The translations under genes were made by a program, and so were the position numbers. 64,000 nucleotides of DNA, taken from positions 248,001 to 312,000 of the forward strand of contig CDROCS010002546.1 in assembly GCA_977020255.1 (NCBI GenBank), read 5' to 3'. How positions within the stretch are numbered: the first letter of the stretch is position 1; each line of letters begins with the position of its first letter. Positions 61,063 through 64,000 of this stretch are shown piece after piece. The notes beneath the pieces were generated by a model, which searched no databases, was not told the DNA's origin, and worked only from the letters and a program-made list of their open reading frames with translations. The DNA is from Obrimoposthia wandeli (Eukaryota).

Positions 61063-63021
61063 TCATATCTTGATGGGAGGCGGAGGTAAGGGTCGCAATT
61101 CCACTTCCTCCATGGTGGGTGTGTCACAGCATCGCAATCCTTCGCATTTTCGCCGTATTCTTGGGCATACTTGACTGCCTTTTACACACACGACTGTCAA
61201 TAGAACCACTGCTGTTGACACTACGGCCATTCCAATTAGAGCATTGACCGCTGTTACTCTGCTATCTGATGATTGATAATCATACTTCATTTTGTTGTTT
61301 GTCGGTTCGAATGACATTTCCATGGATTTTGATCGGTTTCCATGTATTATGTCCGATTTTCTAAAAATTCGTGGATTTGGGTGTTTTGTTTCTGGTAGAA
61401 CAGGTATTATTATTTTGGATTGGAAATGATGTTTGGGATCTAGTGGGATCGTTCCCCTCACTCTTGTCCTCTTAATAACTGTACTTTGGTTTCTGGAATT
61501 TAGCTCTTTTTCTTTCGCTTCTGTCTTTGTTCTGATCACTTTCGGCTTTTTGGAATGGTGTTTACTTTCGTTTACCTTTGCCTTCTTTTTGACTAGGATT
61601 GGTTTTTTGGGAATGATTTTCCTGGGTTTGATACTTATACCGGATCTACGAAATCGACGGTTCTGGTATCTTAGAGTTATGTAGAATATTTCACCTGTTA
61701 TTACCATGATTATGGTCGAGGTCTCTGTAGCATTACTGGGAATTCGGTTACACAGGCATTCTGTATCAAAATGTGGTACTAACATTTGGTTTTGGATTTC
61801 GAATCTGATTCCGCCATCTGGATTGGGACACGACACTGTTACTCTGTCGGTTTCTAGCAATCTGAAAAATATTCTAACGGAATTCCATACGGTTTTGCGT
61901 CGTCTACCTGTGATCATAATCCTGTCGACAATTTTCCAGATGCGCTCATCTCTAGGCAATATTAATGACTTTGTTCGGATACTTTGGATAATCCGCTTCT
62001 TCTTTGATATTGTTATCCGTAGGTATAACACTCTTTCATGATAGAATAATATTAGTTTGTAATCGGGTGTACTTTGGTCGATCTTTATTCTGACCTGTCG
62101 GATGACATACAATTTCTGATCGATATTGTCGGTTGCTGACGTCTGTAGATGAATGTCTACTACGTGATTTGTTTTTAACAGAGGGATTTCTATGTATAAC
62201 GCCCGTATTACATCTTGTCTCCATTTACTGATCATGATCTCATAACTAGCCTTGGTAGTGGTAATTTGTATGATCAGCATGATTCCTATGATCGTTCGAT
62301 TCCTAAACTCAGGAACTTCAATGAAACAACTCAAATTACTCATATAGTATGGTCTTTCCTCGATATGTTCATATATCGTTGGCTGGTACTCCGGTGCTGG
62401 TTCATCTAGGAATGGTGGTCTTGGTATACTTGTGTTGAATTTTTGTAAATTCATTTGACCTGTTCGTCTTGCGAGATCATGACGCTTCTTTTTTGATCTC
62501 AACTCTATCTTTGTACAACAAAACAAGATGAGTAATATTAATATTATGAATCCAATGATCAGTGCGAGTATTGGATTAACCAATTCTAGAATACCATAAC
62601 GTACTGCTGGTATACCTTTACTCTTGATGGTTAATATTTTAAATTTGTGTGCACTTTGGTTGGACATGTCACTGAGAAGTACTATTTTAGTTTGTCCAAA
62701 TATGTAGTCTTCACATGTGACAATTCTAATTCCATAATGTCCATTAAGTGTTTTCATTTCGGTCGCTGGAACTATACACATTCGTCCTGGACATCCTTTT
62801 ACACACATGATCATTACGGCTTTACTGTGGGACGTCTTGATTATTTCGAGGGTGTTGTCTAGATTTCTCAAATGTAGATTATATTCGGATAATGTCATCA
62901 TTTCAGCTTTACTGGTTGGCATGGCTTGTAGTACCAATCCAATTACTACTCCATAGATCAATCCTTGTGCAACGGTGCACAGGGCCTTGACTGACCTTTT
63001 GCAAAGGGTTTTAATTATCAT
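61063..63021 (-). CDS. 652-aa membrane protein or polyprotein of unknown family
   Basis: Long intact ORF with an N-terminal signal-like segment, a TM at ~150-169, an internal signal-like segment at ~243-258, RFRR at 456-459, several NxS/T sequons and a TM at ~591-613. Confidence 0.8.
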   Translation of the reverse strand: MIIKTLCKRSVKALCTVAQGLIYGVVIGLVLQAMPTSKAEMMTLSEYNLHLRNLDNTLEIIKTSHSKAVMIMCVKGCPGRMCIVPATEMKTLNGHYGIRIVTCEDYIFGQTKIVLLSDMSNQSAHKFKILTIKSKGIPAVRYGILELVNPILALIIGFIILILLILFCCTKIELRSKKKRHDLARRTGQMNLQKFNTSIPRPPFLDEPAPEYQPTIYEHIEERPYYMSNLSCFIEVPEFRNRTIIGIMLIIQITTTKASYEIMISKWRQDVIRALYIEIPLLKTNHVVDIHLQTSATDNIDQKLYVIRQVRIKIDQSTPDYKLILFYHERVLYLRITISKKKRIIQSIRTKSLILPRDERIWKIVDRIMITGRRRKTVWNSVRIFFRLLETDRVTVSCPNPDGGIRFEIQNQMLVPHFDTECLCNRIPSNATETSTIIMVITGEIFYITLRYQNRRFRRSGISIKPRKIIPKKPILVKKKAKVNESKHHSKKPKVIRTKTEAKEKELNSRNQSTVIKRTRVRGTIPLDPKHHFQSKIIIPVLPETKHPNPRIFRKSDIIHGNRSKSMEMSFEPTNNKMKYDYQSSDSRVTAVNALIGMAVVSTAVVLLTVVCVKGSQVCPRIRRKCEGLRCCDTPTMEEVELRPLPPPPIKI

Positions 63022-63465
63022 TCATTTGAGTGATATCTGTTTCTGATTGGATCGTTTTGTTGTCTGTCGTTGTTTTGACATCTCTTCGATTCCATTTTTT
63101 CCGATAATCAACTGTACCTGTTTACCTTGTATCGTCAACTTTCCGAATCCATTTTTGGCGGACAAGCATGTTTTATGTCCTTCCATCGTTTCAATTATCA
63201 CTCTCTTACTTCCATACTCACGTGTTTTGATGACATCGCCGTCGAATATATACGTCGGTCCTTTTGTATCAGCATCTTTTTGTATTTCCTTTACAATTCG
63301 TTTCCTTCGCTTGCATCCGGCGAATGTTGTTGATATTCGGTCAAGTGTGCGCTGTCGGTCAGCTTCGTAATCTATTCGGAATTGATTCAGTATTCTGTTT
63401 TGTGGGTAAAATATCGCTTCATTTACTATGTTGTCCTCGATCCTTTCGTCTAGATACACAAGCAC
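63022..63465 (-). CDS. 147-aa basic ORF, same frame as and abutting the 652-aa ORF
   Basis: Only a GTG start is available, and the frame is open back to ~63510. Its TGA is immediately followed by the ATG of the next ORF. Confidence 0.6.
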   Translation of the reverse strand: MLVYLDERIEDNIVNEAIFYPQNRILNQFRIDYEADRQRTLDRISTTFAGCKRRKRIVKEIQKDADTKGPTYIFDGDVIKTREYGSKRVIIETMEGHKTCLSAKNGFGKLTIQGKQVQLIIGKNGIEEMSKQRQTTKRSNQKQISLK

Positions 63466-64000
63466 TTTGTTCGTCGGTCCATTTGGTCTTAAACTGAAAT
63501 CTTTTACTGTCGGTTCTCATAGATCGGAGACATTTTCGGATGATCCATACATCAATTAATCCTAACAACACTAATAGCATCATCAGTGCCGGCGTATGGT
63601 ACTGTATGGTGTAGTTGTGGATTTCGTTGAACCAGGAACTATTTCCGTGGTTGGAGCCTATCTCTTGTGCTCCCGTTATCGGCATTAGACAACTTAACAA
63701 GCCTATCGCTAGCAATCTTTGGTATTGAAAGCTGGGCACTGTTGTTGTAGCTTCATTTGTTTCTCGTTGTTGTTTCCTCTTTTCGGCGTACTTCTCTATT
63801 TCTCGAACGAGTAACGGTTTGAATTCCGTATCTGGTCTATTCTGTTTGATGTAGACCATCGCTTCTTCTGGTGTGTGACCATGGTACTCTACCAACAAGG
63901 ATACACCTATGGTAGGCGCTAACATTGTACCTTTTTCTGATATATCAGAACGCCGTTTCCTTCTGTGACTTCGGCTTGGATGGTTTGAGTCAATTTCGTC
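63419..64000 (-). CDS. 5'-truncated ORF: DSP-phosphatase-like C-terminal helices, then an internal signal peptide and TM
   Basis: Frame is open to the window edge. TIGVSLLVEYHGHTPEEAMVYIKQNRP...P...IEKY follows the post-P-loop pattern of dual-specificity phosphatases. It is followed by LLAIGLLSCLMPITGA and ALMMLLVLLGLIDVWII. Confidence 0.7.
   Translation of the reverse strand, partial: DEIDSNHPSRSHRRKRRSDISEKGTMLAPTIGVSLLVEYHGHTPEEAMVYIKQNRPDTEFKPLLVREIEKYAEKRKQQRETNEATTTVPSFQYQRLLAIGLLSCLMPITGAQEIGSNHGNSSWFNEIHNYTIQYHTPALMMLLVLLGLIDVWIIRKCLRSMRTDSKRFQFKTKWTDEQSACVSRRKDRGQHSK

Overview
This is an AT-rich eukaryotic window dominated by mobile-element debris. No rRNA, tRNA or CRISPR array was found, and the host cannot be named from the sequence. 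It has four zones. (1) 1-5.1 kb: the right end of a decayed Polinton/Maverick (capsid, adenain-type protease, pPolB tail, terminal hairpin ending ACTACT), followed by a Ty3/gypsy pol relic. (2) 5.4-26.2 kb: at least 11 paralogous GC-rich, helix-rich coding modules on the minus strand, mostly bounded by phase-0 splice-like signals. Six of them sit in a recent ~2.23-kb tandem array; five of the intervening spacers, plus the broken left unit, carry a ~155-nt fold-back element that resembles a Polinton terminus. (3) 26-56 kb: Tc1, pogo, hAT and gypsy relics plus five more pPolB fragments, an intact 957-bp mini-Polinton with a 6-bp TSD, and a patchwork of inverted and direct duplications. (4) 56.9-64 kb: a compact, virus-like minus-strand cassette running off the window end. 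It encodes a DSP-phosphatase-like remnant, multi-signal-peptide membrane polyproteins and three RING-H2 genes with an extra CxCxxC motif, and ends in a ladder of tandem repeats. All family assignments are from motif recognition by eye; no searches were run.
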